Positions 18,320-27,043 of a DNA stretch of 64,000 nt are shown here, in pieces (position 1 is the stretch's first letter; each line of letters opens with the position of its first letter). Position numbers and translations under genes: made by a program. The stretch is taken from assembly GCA_041909135.1 (NCBI GenBank), contig JAYREA010000009.1, positions 1,837 through 65,836 on the forward strand, given 5' to 3'. Source of the stretch: Azonexus sp. (GTDB taxonomy: Bacteria > Pseudomonadota > Gammaproteobacteria > Burkholderiales > Rhodocyclaceae). Below the pieces are notes generated by a model. It was not told the DNA's origin and made no database searches. It worked only from the letters and a program-made list of their open reading frames with translations.

Positions 18320-18341
18320 TAGGAGTCAGACCCCAATTATT
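18315..18341. repeat. Degenerate REP-like palindrome at the end of the AT-rich block
   Basis: AATAATAGGAGTCAGACCCCAATTATT is an imperfect palindrome resembling the GGGGTCAGACCCC (WGLTP-encoding) repeat class. Confidence 0.5.
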
Positions 18342-18387
18342 TTCCAATTGTCTTTTGGCCGCAGCCTGCAATGAACCGGGAGATTTC

Positions 18388-19332
18388 ATGAGTCTGTCGA
18401 TGGACGAATTCCGCAAGCAGCTTCAGGAAGCCGTTCTTGCCGCGCAGGAGCAGGCAAGGCGGGCCGGCCCACAGCCCTGGCACGGCTTCTGGTATCACCG
18501 GCCGGACGAGAATTTTCCGCCCCGCAGCGTGCGCCAGCCGGAGGACTATGCCGGCGGCGAAAACCTGGCCATTGCCTGCACCCAGACCGAGCTGCCGGCC
18601 AAGGCCCAGAAGGCGCTGGTACAGGCTTGGTGCGACTTCCTGCCGACCCTGAATGGCGTCCGCTATCTGTGGTTCCAGTCGCGCACGCCGCAGGCGCTTT
18701 TCGACGCTGCTTGCCGCATTCCGTCGCTCGAAGGCCTTTACGTCAAATGGAGCGGCATCACGTCACTGGCCGCCCTGCCGGCGCTGGGCAGGCTGCGGGC
18801 GCTGCACCTCGGCAGTTCACCGGGCGTGACGAACATCGACGTACTTGGCGAAATGCACTCGCTGCGCTGGCTGGAACTGGACAATCTCAAGGCAATCACC
18901 GACCTCTCGCCACTGGCCACCCTGACGGATCTTGAAGGCCTCGGCTTTTCCGGCGCCGAAGGCAAGCGCCAGACGCTGGCCACGTTGGCCCCGCTCGCCA
19001 ACCTGACCCGGCTGCGCTGGCTGCACCTCGGCGCGATTCATGTTGCCGACGGTTCGTTGCACCCACTCGGCAAGCTGAAGGCATTGCGCTGGATCGGGCT
19101 GGGTAACTTCTTCGACGTCGGTGAATTTGCCTGGCTGGCCGCCGCGTTGCCTGAAGTGACATCGGACTGGACGAAACCCTATCTCGACCTGAGCCACCTT
19201 GGCATTCGCTGCAAGAAGTGCCGCATGCACGCCATGGTAATGCTGTCCGGCAAGGGGCGCGGCACGATTTGCCCGGAATGCGATTCCGCGAAGCTGCAAA
19301 AGCAACTGGCTGCCTTTCTGCCGGCCCCATAG
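18388..19332 (+). CDS. Leucine-rich-repeat protein with C-terminal CxxC...CxxC Zn ribbon
   Basis: Repeated L..L..LR.L.L units; CKKC...CPEC at the C-terminus; ATG 18388 after GGAGA. Confidence 0.82.
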   Translation: MSLSMDEFRKQLQEAVLAAQEQARRAGPQPWHGFWYHRPDENFPPRSVRQPEDYAGGENLAIACTQTELPAKAQKALVQAWCDFLPTLNGVRYLWFQSRTPQALFDAACRIPSLEGLYVKWSGITSLAALPALGRLRALHLGSSPGVTNIDVLGEMHSLRWLELDNLKAITDLSPLATLTDLEGLGFSGAEGKRQTLATLAPLANLTRLRWLHLGAIHVADGSLHPLGKLKALRWIGLGNFFDVGEFAWLAAALPEVTSDWTKPYLDLSHLGIRCKKCRMHAMVMLSGKGRGTICPECDSAKLQKQLAAFLPAP

Positions 19333-19533
19333 GCACCATGGCTCTATAGGGGTGAATTTGCTTTTCGGCCTCCACGGCCAACCGGAAAAAACAGCCAAAA
19401 ACAAAATCGGCCGAGAATTCCTGGCCATTGTTTTATCGCGACAAAGGGAGGCGGTTTCGATTAGCAGCCAAGCAGCCCCGTTTTCGCTTCCCTTCATTTT
19501 CTTTCATCGCTTTGCGGCGATTGCTTGAGTAGT

Positions 19534-19953
19534 TCAAGCCTCGATCAGTTTGCCGGCATCGGCAATCAAGTCCGCCACCAGCGCGCACAGCGCCGTGATG
19601 GTCGATTCTTCGACTTCCAGAAAACCTTCATATTCAGCGAGATTCCGTTTCTGGTGGGCGTTGTCGAGAATGCGCCATTGAATGGCTGTCCAGCCGAGGG
19701 TGTGGGGCAGGCATTGGAAGACGGTGTAGCGGTTTTCGCTGCGGTAGCCGTGCCAGCGCAATGCGGCGAGCGCGGTGGCGTGGGCGGCGTTGTAGGCGCT
19801 GGTGAAGCGGCCTTCCGCAGAGAGGTTGCCGAGTTGGGCGTCGGCCAGCCGGGTGCGGGCCATGGCCAGCATGCGCCTGGCTTCGGCGTCGTTGCGCGGT
19901 TCGGCCTTGAGTTGGCCGATGCGCACGAGGTTATCCAGCGCTGGCTGGGTCAA
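19534..19953 (-). CDS. HEPN-domain protein (toxin-like partner of MNT)
   Basis: AYNAAH..ALAAL...G helix and RNLAEY (R-x4-Y) motif; overlaps the MNT gene. Confidence 0.78.
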   Translation of the reverse strand: MTQPALDNLVRIGQLKAEPRNDAEARRMLAMARTRLADAQLGNLSAEGRFTSAYNAAHATALAALRWHGYRSENRYTVFQCLPHTLGWTAIQWRILDNAHQKRNLAEYEGFLEVEESTITALCALVADLIADAGKLIEA

Positions 19954-20521
19954 GATCTTTTCCGATCAGGGGCAGGATGGGTTGGGCGAGGACGCGATTG
20001 ACGAAGGAGTCCGGCTCGGCGAGTCGTCGCGCATATTCCGACGGCTTATAGCAGTTGGGGTTGATCTTGCGCCCGAGTTGGGCTTCCAGGGGTAAGAGCA
20101 GCGTCAGGATCTCGTTCAGGGAAAGGTCTTCGCCGACCAGCATGAGGTCGATGTCGCTTTGGGCGGTGTCGGTTTGTTTGGCGACGGAGCCGTATATGAA
20201 CGCGGTTTCCAGCCGGGCGGCGATGGGCTGCAAGGCTTCACGCAGCAGGGGCGCAGCGCCGAGTGTCTTGCGTGTCAGGGCAACCAGTTCTGCGTAAACG
20301 GGACTTTGCGGGTTAGCCTGAAAACGCCGAAGGTTGCCAACGCGTTCCGAATGGACGAGCTCCGCATCGACCAGACGGTTCAATTCGCGTTGCAGCGAGG
20401 CGCTGCCCAGCCCGCTCAGGCGGCGTAATTCGCTGAGGTGATAACTTCGCTCGGGCTGGCCGAACAGCCAACCGAACAGGCGGGCCTGACTATCGGAGAA
20501 GAGAGCGGCGGTGATTGACAT
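19931..20521 (-). CDS. wHTH + minimal nucleotidyltransferase (MNT) antitoxin
   Basis: N-terminal HTH (YHLSELRRLSGLGSASLQRELNRL); GS-x10-DxD motif (GSVAKQTDTAQSDID). Confidence 0.88.
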   Translation of the reverse strand: MSITAALFSDSQARLFGWLFGQPERSYHLSELRRLSGLGSASLQRELNRLVDAELVHSERVGNLRRFQANPQSPVYAELVALTRKTLGAAPLLREALQPIAARLETAFIYGSVAKQTDTAQSDIDLMLVGEDLSLNEILTLLLPLEAQLGRKINPNCYKPSEYARRLAEPDSFVNRVLAQPILPLIGKDLDPASAG

Positions 20522-20523
20522 AG

Positions 20524-20555
20524 CCAAACTTTAGCACGATCGTGCCAAAATTTGG
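20524..20555. promoter_or_regulatory. Inverted repeat, probable operator of the MNT-HEPN operon
   Basis: CCAAAcTTTAGCACGA|TCGTGCCAAAaTTTGG immediately 5' of the ATG at 20521. Confidence 0.6.
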
Positions 20556-20600
20556 ATCGAATTTAGTACCTTCAGTTTTCTATGCTGTGTCATTTCAAAC

Positions 20601-20717
20601 TTAGGGAAACGCTGAAATATTCGTCATCCCCGCGAAAGCGGGGATCCAGTGCATTGAATTTTCTGGATTCCCGCCTACGCGGGAATGACATTTCCGAATA
20701 AATCAGCGGCTCCTTAG
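20601..20717. repeat. Composite palindromic element (two inverted dRS3-like units inside an imperfect outer inverted repeat)
   Basis: GTCATCCCCGCGAAAGCGGGGATCCAG (20623-20649) and CTGGATTCCCGCCTACGCGGGAATGAC (20663-20689), flanked by TTAGGGAAACGCTGA and TCAGCGGCTCCTTAG. Confidence 0.78.
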
Positions 20718-21110
20718 CGCTTTTTTTCGGGTTGACCGTGGAAGCCGCTCCAGCACTACCCCAATCGCCCAATCCGCACCACCGCGGTTTGCAGATGGCT
20801 TCCCAATGCGGCGAGGCAGTCGCCAAATCCGGCTAGTTTCTTCCTGCTCGGTCTTGCCGCTTGGCCGGCAAAAATCACCAGCCTTGCCGGGAACGTGTCG
20901 GCTTGGTTGAGGTCTGTCAGTGACCATTGGAGGTCTGCGCGGTACGTTCCGCTGCCCTCGGGTTCCTTGTGTGGCAAGCGGGCCGGCCGGAAGGTTTGGC
21001 TTTGCACCGCGACGACCCAAGGCCGTGCGGAAGAGCGGTGTGATTGTTGCTTATCATTGGACATGAAGCAGGACGATGGCCTTTGGCCTTCTTCAACAGT
21101 TGGAGGCGAT

Positions 21111-22109
21111 ATGTCTGTCAATGGAATCAACAGCAACAGTTTCGATTTCTCAAAACTCCCGGGTGGCAAGGCAACAACGCCGGTGACCGGTTCGGCCGGT
21201 GCGGTGGATTTCTCGTCCGAGCTGAAGTTGCAGATGGCCAGTATTCAATCGCAAACATTCGGCTCGCTGGTTTCGTCGGCGCTGGGTTCTGGCAAGGTGT
21301 CGGGTGGGGCGAACTTCGCCGATATTCTTGGGGCCGGCAAAACGGCTGGCACGTCGCCTCTGGAAGCCATGCTGAGCAGTGCCGCTGGCGTGAGTAGCAC
21401 GAATGGCGTTTCGGCGGTGGGGCGCAACATGGCGCTGTTCGACCCGGAGTCGGCCTACCTGATGATGACGGACATCAACGCCAGGGCCGTCGCCTACAAG
21501 GCCGAAGCGTCTGAAATGGGCGATATGAAGTCCTACGTTTCGACGTTGCAGCAGGAGGCTATCAAGCTGGGTAGCACCGATGTAGCGACCGGCACCGAGG
21601 GAATCCGGGCCCGCGTGCAGGCATTTGCCGATGCCTACAATGGCTGGATACAGCGCTTCGGCAGCGAGGTGCAGGATGGCGGTTTGCTGGCGGGCACGCA
21701 GGCGGCCAGGGTGTCGCAATGGGAGCTTGAGCAGAGCATTGCCAATCCGTTCAATGGTGCCAAGGACGGGCTGCACGGCATGGCTGACCTCGGCCTGAGC
21801 ATTGATCCGGCAACCAAGCTGGCGACCGTGGATAACGCTCGACTGGGTGCCACACTGGCCAACAACAAGACGGCGGCGATCGGCGCGCTACACGAATTCA
21901 CGGCCAATTTCGCCAAGTCGGCTGAGCTGCTGAATTCGGCCGGAAACTTCATTGCCAACCGTCTGGACAATCTATCGCGCGCCATTGGCTACATCGATAC
22001 CAACCTGCCGTCCCTGCAGGCCGAATTTGGCTTGGGTGACCCGGCGAAACCGAGCGGGCAGCTGGCCAAGGCATTGGCCAATTACAACGCGGCTCACGGC
22101 GTCGGATAA
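21111..22109 (+). CDS. Orphan protein with a FliD C-terminal-like region
   Basis: GGAGG RBS before ATG 21111; Ser/Gly-rich N-terminus; ADLGLSID...VDNARL..TL segment resembles FliD_C. Confidence 0.62.
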   Translation: MSVNGINSNSFDFSKLPGGKATTPVTGSAGAVDFSSELKLQMASIQSQTFGSLVSSALGSGKVSGGANFADILGAGKTAGTSPLEAMLSSAAGVSSTNGVSAVGRNMALFDPESAYLMMTDINARAVAYKAEASEMGDMKSYVSTLQQEAIKLGSTDVATGTEGIRARVQAFADAYNGWIQRFGSEVQDGGLLAGTQAARVSQWELEQSIANPFNGAKDGLHGMADLGLSIDPATKLATVDNARLGATLANNKTAAIGALHEFTANFAKSAELLNSAGNFIANRLDNLSRAIGYIDTNLPSLQAEFGLGDPAKPSGQLAKALANYNAAHGVG

Positions 22110-22194
22110 ACGGCCTGAACGATTGCCGGCGCCCTGCTCCGCGGCGCCGTTTAAAGGATCGAAAAGGCCGGCCGTTCAATATTGGCCGGGCTCA

Positions 22195-22587
22195 TCAGGC
22201 GCTGGCGAAACGGCTGCGCAGATACTTGATGATCTCGCCGGATTCGTACAGCCACTGCGTCTGGCCGGCCGGATCGGTGATTTTCAGGCAGGGCACTTTC
22301 GCCTTGCCGCCACCGCTCACCAGTTCCGCCCGGTTTACCCCCGGTTGTTGCGCATCAAGCTTTTGCACGTTGAGCGCCAGACGCCGCATTTCCTGGCGCA
22401 CCTTGATGCAAAACGGGCAGGTTTTGTACTGATAGAGAACGATGCTGGCGCACTGCTGATCGACCTCGGCCTGGCTGGCAGTTGGCCGCAGCACGCCCTT
22501 CGGCCGGGTGACGAATTCGCCGAGCAGCATGAAGGGGCCAAGAATGACACGAAGTGTTTTGAAGAAGGCTCTGAGTACTGTTTTCAT
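22195..22587 (-). CDS. Glutaredoxin-like protein (GST N-terminal fold)
   Basis: CPFC, GGKAKVPCL, LYES motifs. Confidence 0.88.
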   Translation of the reverse strand: MKTVLRAFFKTLRVILGPFMLLGEFVTRPKGVLRPTASQAEVDQQCASIVLYQYKTCPFCIKVRQEMRRLALNVQKLDAQQPGVNRAELVSGGGKAKVPCLKITDPAGQTQWLYESGEIIKYLRSRFASA

Positions 22588-22740
22588 GAGTGATGACTTG
22601 ATTCCGTTGAATGATGGGTTTAAGGCAGTCTAAGCGCGGTGGAGTTCCTTGCGGCCCAACTTGGCGTGTCTGGCAGCAATCGGCATGGCGCTTATGTTCA
22701 TCTTCGAAATTCTCGCCCCCGGTCAGCATCGCTTCCGCCT

Positions 22741-23388
22741 TCAGCCAGCCACATTCCATTCCGCCAGAAACTGTGCGACGAACTCTTCCATGAATTGGTG
22801 CCGTGGTTCGGCCAGAGCGCGGCCGGTTGGGGTGTTCATCCGGTCCTTGAGCAGAAAGAGCTTTTCGTAGAAGTGGTTGAGGCTGGCGCCTTTCGAGGCT
22901 TTGTAGGCGGCTGCCGTCTGGTGCAGGACCGGCGGCTCGTCCGGATCATGCATCAGGCGGCCAGCGTGGCCACCGTAGGCGAAGCAGCGGGCGATACCGA
23001 TGGCGCCGATGGCATCCAGCCGGTCGGCATCCTGCACGCATTGGCCTTCCAGAGTTTGCATCGCGGTGGTGACGCCGGCACCTTTGTAGGAGACGGTGGC
23101 GACAATATCGACAACGGCGGCGATGACTTCATCCGATGCGCCTTCGCGGCGGAGCAGTGCTTCGGCTTGGCGCGGCCCGATGCTGTCGTCGCCATCGTGG
23201 AATTTCCAGTCGGCGATGTCGTGCACCAGGGCGCCGAGTTCGGCAATTTCGCGCTTGGCGCCTTCCTGCGCGGCGATCTGGCGGGTGAGTTGCCAGACGC
23301 GGTTGATGTGGTGCCAGTCATGGCCTGAGCTTTCGGCGAGGAATTTGGTTTTGATATGGGCGGCAACGCGCTCGACCAGGTTTTGCAT
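22741..23388 (-). CDS. HD-domain phosphohydrolase (YedJ-like)
   Basis: GHDWHHI.RV, HD, VQDADRLDAIGAIG, HFYEKL. Confidence 0.9.
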   Translation of the reverse strand: MQNLVERVAAHIKTKFLAESSGHDWHHINRVWQLTRQIAAQEGAKREIAELGALVHDIADWKFHDGDDSIGPRQAEALLRREGASDEVIAAVVDIVATVSYKGAGVTTAMQTLEGQCVQDADRLDAIGAIGIARCFAYGGHAGRLMHDPDEPPVLHQTAAAYKASKGASLNHFYEKLFLLKDRMNTPTGRALAEPRHQFMEEFVAQFLAEWNVAG

Positions 23389-23541
23389 GATGCGTCCTTG
23401 GGTTTTTGACTTGTCTGAATGGGCGGAAGTGTAGCGGCTACCCGCCAGTGGCGGAATTTGCATGCTGACAGACCTGGCAAACAATGGTCGGCGCTAGCGG
23501 CATCCGTTAGGCTAGCCGTTTGCAAATCACAGGGAGACAAC

Positions 23542-24006
23542 ATGCAGGCATTTCAGGATTACTACCCGGAGACTTTGGCGCATTGCTACGGTTGCGGCCG
23601 CAACAATGAGCACGGGCATCAGATCAAGACTTTTTGGGATGGTGATGAAACCGTCACGCATTTCCAGCCGCGCCCGGAACACACGGCGATTCCCGGCTTT
23701 GTCTATGGCGGCTTGCTGGCTTCGCTGATCGATTGCCACGGCACCGGGACAGCAGCGGCGGCGATGTATCGCGCCGAGAACCGCGAGATGGATAGCCTGC
23801 CGGCCTTCCGCTTTGTCACCGGTTCGCTGCAGGTCAGTTATCTGAAGCCGACGCCGCTCGGGCCGGTGCTGGAGATTCGCGGCAAGGTGAAGGAGATCAA
23901 GGGTCGCAAGGTGGTGGTCGAGGCGACGGTGTACGCCGAGGGTGTGGCCACGGCGCGCGGCGAGGTGGTGGCCCTGCAGATGCCGGATAGCTTCGTGGCG
24001 AAATAA
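23542..24006 (+). CDS. PaaI/hotdog-fold thioesterase
   Basis: CYGCG, YGGLLASLIDCH, YLKPTP; GGGAG RBS. Confidence 0.88.
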   Translation: MQAFQDYYPETLAHCYGCGRNNEHGHQIKTFWDGDETVTHFQPRPEHTAIPGFVYGGLLASLIDCHGTGTAAAAMYRAENREMDSLPAFRFVTGSLQVSYLKPTPLGPVLEIRGKVKEIKGRKVVVEATVYAEGVATARGEVVALQMPDSFVAK

Positions 24007-24024
24007 TCGCGATTTCGGTCGCGA

Positions 24025-24198
24025 TCAGGATGGATCGTCTTTGGACGAAACCTGGGTCTTCCGGCCGGTGAAAAACAAAATCAGCCGGAAGACTGCGACG
24101 CAGGCGAAGGACACGGCCAAGACCAGTGCCCATGACCACTCAGGGAAAAAGTAGGCCCCCAGAGTGGCCAGGATCAAGAAGATGAAGACAAAGAACAT
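24025..24198 (-). CDS. Putative 57-aa two-TM small membrane protein (not in ORF track)
   Basis: MFFVFIFLILATLGAYFFPEWSWALVLAVSFACVAVFRLILFFTGRKTQVSSKDDPS*; fills an otherwise empty gap. Confidence 0.6.
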   Translation of the reverse strand: MFFVFIFLILATLGAYFFPEWSWALVLAVSFACVAVFRLILFFTGRKTQVSSKDDPS

Positions 24199-24412
24199 TT
24201 CGGGAAATCACCAGGAAAAATGGACGCCAGCCTGCGTTGTTGCAGCCCATTGGAAAATTAGCGCGTAACGATATTGTCGCCGCTCCAGCATTTGAAAACG
24301 CATTAGCTTTGGGGTTTTCGAGTTTTTTTACCCGATTGCCTGGAGCGATGCCGGCCTTTCTCAGCGCCCGCCCTTCTGCGAAAATCGCTGCTTTCCTGAT
24401 TTCAGCCCAACC

Positions 24413-24793
24413 ATGATCCAAGGCCAATTCCGCTCTTCCGTCCTGCAGGTGCCTGCCGAGGTGACGCCGCTCAAGTTCCGGGGCTATCTGCGCAAGGAGA
24501 TCGAGGCGGTGCAGGCAACGGCGCAGAACGAGGAGGACATCATCGTCGTCCGGCTGTTCGTGCTGGAAAAGGTGCTGTTCGGGCTGGGGCCGAAGAAGGT
24601 GGACAGCATCCTGCAGGGCGTTGTCGGCAAATGTCCGAATATTCAGCGCATCGAACTGGAAGCGCTGGTTCGCCCTTTGACCGCTGAAGAAATGCAGGAA
24701 GCGGCCGACGAGGCGCAGGCAACGCTACAAGCGCTGAGCCATCGGGTGATGGCTTCAGGCGGCAAGCTGGGGCCGGATAGCGGCGCGAATTAG
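24413..24793 (+). CDS. Hypothetical protein (126 aa)
   Basis: Host-like codon usage; no family recognised. Confidence 0.65.
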   Translation: MIQGQFRSSVLQVPAEVTPLKFRGYLRKEIEAVQATAQNEEDIIVVRLFVLEKVLFGLGPKKVDSILQGVVGKCPNIQRIELEALVRPLTAEEMQEAADEAQATLQALSHRVMASGGKLGPDSGAN

Positions 24794-24835
24794 CCGGCGG
24801 TCAGGGCTGCCCTCCGGCGTTTGTTTCGCGACGGC

Positions 24836-25066
24836 CTATCGCAAGCGCCCGTTGAGTTCGTCGATAACCGCCGACCAGTCGGCATCTTCGATGATTTCTT
24901 CCTTGAGAAATTCTCTTTGTGCAGCGCTCCAGAAGGGGGCCCGATAGAGGGCGACCCCGTTTTCCAGCGGGCGGTGCGTAGCGATGAAGTTCTCAACGGC
25001 AGCCTCTTCGCTGGGCAAGCCGAGTTGGGCGAACAGGTTGGTCATGGTGTGCTGTTGGGCTTGCAT
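24836..25066 (-). CDS. DUF2789 protein
   Basis: LFAQLGL, APFW..Q..FL.E...DADW motifs. Confidence 0.88.
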   Translation of the reverse strand: MQAQQHTMTNLFAQLGLPSEEAAVENFIATHRPLENGVALYRAPFWSAAQREFLKEEIIEDADWSAVIDELNGRLR

Positions 25067-25092
25067 GGCGAACTCCTTTTCCGGGCTGTGGA

Positions 25093-25575
25093 TTACAACT
25101 GGGCTTCGACCGCTTCCACCAATTCGTCCGGCCGGGTGGCCGGGGCATAGCGATGGACAACCTTGCCTTCGCGGTCAATCAGGAACTTGGTGAAATTCCA
25201 TTTGATGGCCTCGGTGCCAAGGATGCCGGCTGCTTCGTGCTTGAGCCAGGTGTAGAGCGGATGGGCGTTGTCGCCATTGACGTCGATTTTGGCGAAGAGC
25301 GGAAAAGTGACGTCGAAACTGCTCTGGCAGAACTGAGCGATAGCTTCTGCGTCGCCGGGTTCCTGCGCGCCGAACTGGTTGCAGGGGAAGCCAAGGACGA
25401 CGAAGCCCCGGTCCTTGAACATCCGGTAGAGTTCTTCGAGGCCAGTGTATTGCGGGGTGAAACCACATTCGCTGGCGGTGTTGACGATCAGCAACACCTT
25501 GCCGCGGTAGGCGTCGAAGTTCTGCGGGTCACCGTTCAGGCGCTGGGCGCTGAAGTCATAGAGAGTTTGAGTCAT
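25093..25575 (-). CDS. Glutathione peroxidase (Cys type)
   Basis: NTASECGFTPQY, GFPCNQF, WNFTKFL. Confidence 0.94.
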   Translation of the reverse strand: MTQTLYDFSAQRLNGDPQNFDAYRGKVLLIVNTASECGFTPQYTGLEELYRMFKDRGFVVLGFPCNQFGAQEPGDAEAIAQFCQSSFDVTFPLFAKIDVNGDNAHPLYTWLKHEAAGILGTEAIKWNFTKFLIDREGKVVHRYAPATRPDELVEAVEAQL

Positions 25576-25746
25576 TTGGATTTGATCATTCCGGTTCAAG
25601 TCGCTGGGTTCTGGATGAATTCATGCTTTTGAGTGCCGCTACCCACTTTGGTTCGAGGATTCATCGCGGGAAAGTGCGGTCCAATCTACCGACCGCCAAC
25701 CGAGGCGCGTATCCTTGCCACCCTCACCCCCGTTCAAACCCAGCCC

Positions 25747-26958
25747 ATGACCACCCCGCTTTCTCCCCGTGCCGAACGTTTCTTCCTGCTGACGCTGGCC
25801 GGCATCCAGTTCAGCCACGTGCTGGATTTCATGATCATGATGCCGCTCGGGCCGGTCCTGATGGCAGCCTTCGGTATCGGGACACACGAATTCGGCCTGC
25901 TGGTGGCCTCCTACAGTTTCAGTGCGGCGGTATCCGGGATACTGGCGGCGACCTTTGTCGACCTGTTCGAGCGCAAGCGGATGCTGCTGGTCAGCTTCAC
26001 CCTGTTTGCGCTGGCGACGCTGGCTTGCGGCCTGGCCCCGAGTTATTCGATGCTGATGCTGGCGCGCGGCCTGGCCGGGGTTTTCGGCGGCATCATGGGA
26101 GCGCTGGTGCATACGATGATCGGCGACGCCATCCCCTTTTCCCGGCGGGCCAAGGCGAGCGGCATCGTTTCCAGCGCCTTCTCGGTATCGACGATTGCCG
26201 GGGTGCCATTGTCGCTGTGGCTGGCCAACCATCTCGGCTGGCGGGCGCCATTCATTTTCATCGCTGCGCTGAGTGTGATCTTTCTCGGCATCGGCCTGCG
26301 CTTCCTGCCGGAATTGCGGCACCACCTGAGCGACGAGAAGCGCGCCCACCTGTTCTCGGCCACCTTCAGCGTGCTGGGCGACAGCAACCATCTGCGTGCC
26401 TTGCTGTTTTCGGCGCTGATCATTTTTTCCGGCTTTACGGTCATTCCCTACATCACCGTCTATGCAGTCAATAACGTCGGCATCGCCCAGCAGGACATTC
26501 CCATCGTTTATCTGGTCGGCGGCTTTGCCACCTTCATCAGCGCCCGGCTGATCGGGCATTGGGCCGACAAGCACGGCAAGATCGAGGTTTACCGCAGCGT
26601 GGCGCTGCTCGCCATCCTGCCCTTGCTGGCAGTGACCCACGCCGGCGTGCTGCCGCTGTGGATCTGGCTGATCTGTACCACCAGCTTTTTCGTGCTGACC
26701 TCGGGGCGGATGATCCCGGCCATGGCGATCATCTCCTCGGCCGCCCAGCCCAAGCTGCGCGGCACCTTCATGTCGCTGAACGGCACCGTGCAGTCGCTGG
26801 CCATGGGCCTGGCCACCACGCTGGCCGGTTTCGTCACTTCGCTCGACGCCAGCGGCCGCATCGTCGGCTACCCCTTGGTCGGCTACGTGGCCGTCGCGGC
26901 CAATCTGCTGGCCATGTGGTTTGTCTCGCGCATCGTCATGCATGGACGGAATGCGTAA
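25747..26958 (+). CDS. MFS transporter
   Basis: About 12 TM segments; D.FERKR and ADKHGK loop motifs. Confidence 0.9.
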   Translation: MTTPLSPRAERFFLLTLAGIQFSHVLDFMIMMPLGPVLMAAFGIGTHEFGLLVASYSFSAAVSGILAATFVDLFERKRMLLVSFTLFALATLACGLAPSYSMLMLARGLAGVFGGIMGALVHTMIGDAIPFSRRAKASGIVSSAFSVSTIAGVPLSLWLANHLGWRAPFIFIAALSVIFLGIGLRFLPELRHHLSDEKRAHLFSATFSVLGDSNHLRALLFSALIIFSGFTVIPYITVYAVNNVGIAQQDIPIVYLVGGFATFISARLIGHWADKHGKIEVYRSVALLAILPLLAVTHAGVLPLWIWLICTTSFFVLTSGRMIPAMAIISSAAQPKLRGTFMSLNGTVQSLAMGLATTLAGFVTSLDASGRIVGYPLVGYVAVAANLLAMWFVSRIVMHGRNA

Positions 26959-27000
26959 GCACGGCTACCAAAAAACCTGAAGCCTTGTTCACTCCGAAAA

Positions 27001-27032
27001 TACTGTATAAACTACTGTATATCGTATCACCG
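27001..27032. promoter_or_regulatory. Degenerate SOS (LexA)-box-like tandem half-sites
   Basis: TACTGTATAAAC-TACTGTATATCGTATCACC; the left arms are perfect but the right arm reads CAC instead of CAG. Upstream of the SRAP gene. Confidence 0.4.
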
Positions 27033-27043
27033 GAGACGCCGCC

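Noticed and set aside
20590-20826. ORF containing SFPRRRES / LDPRFRGDD
   Set aside because: It is the translation of the palindromic repeat element, not a gene.
20756-21064. Possible 102-aa minus-strand ORF (MSNDKQQ...)
   Set aside because: No recognisable motif or RBS and atypical composition; cannot be supported.
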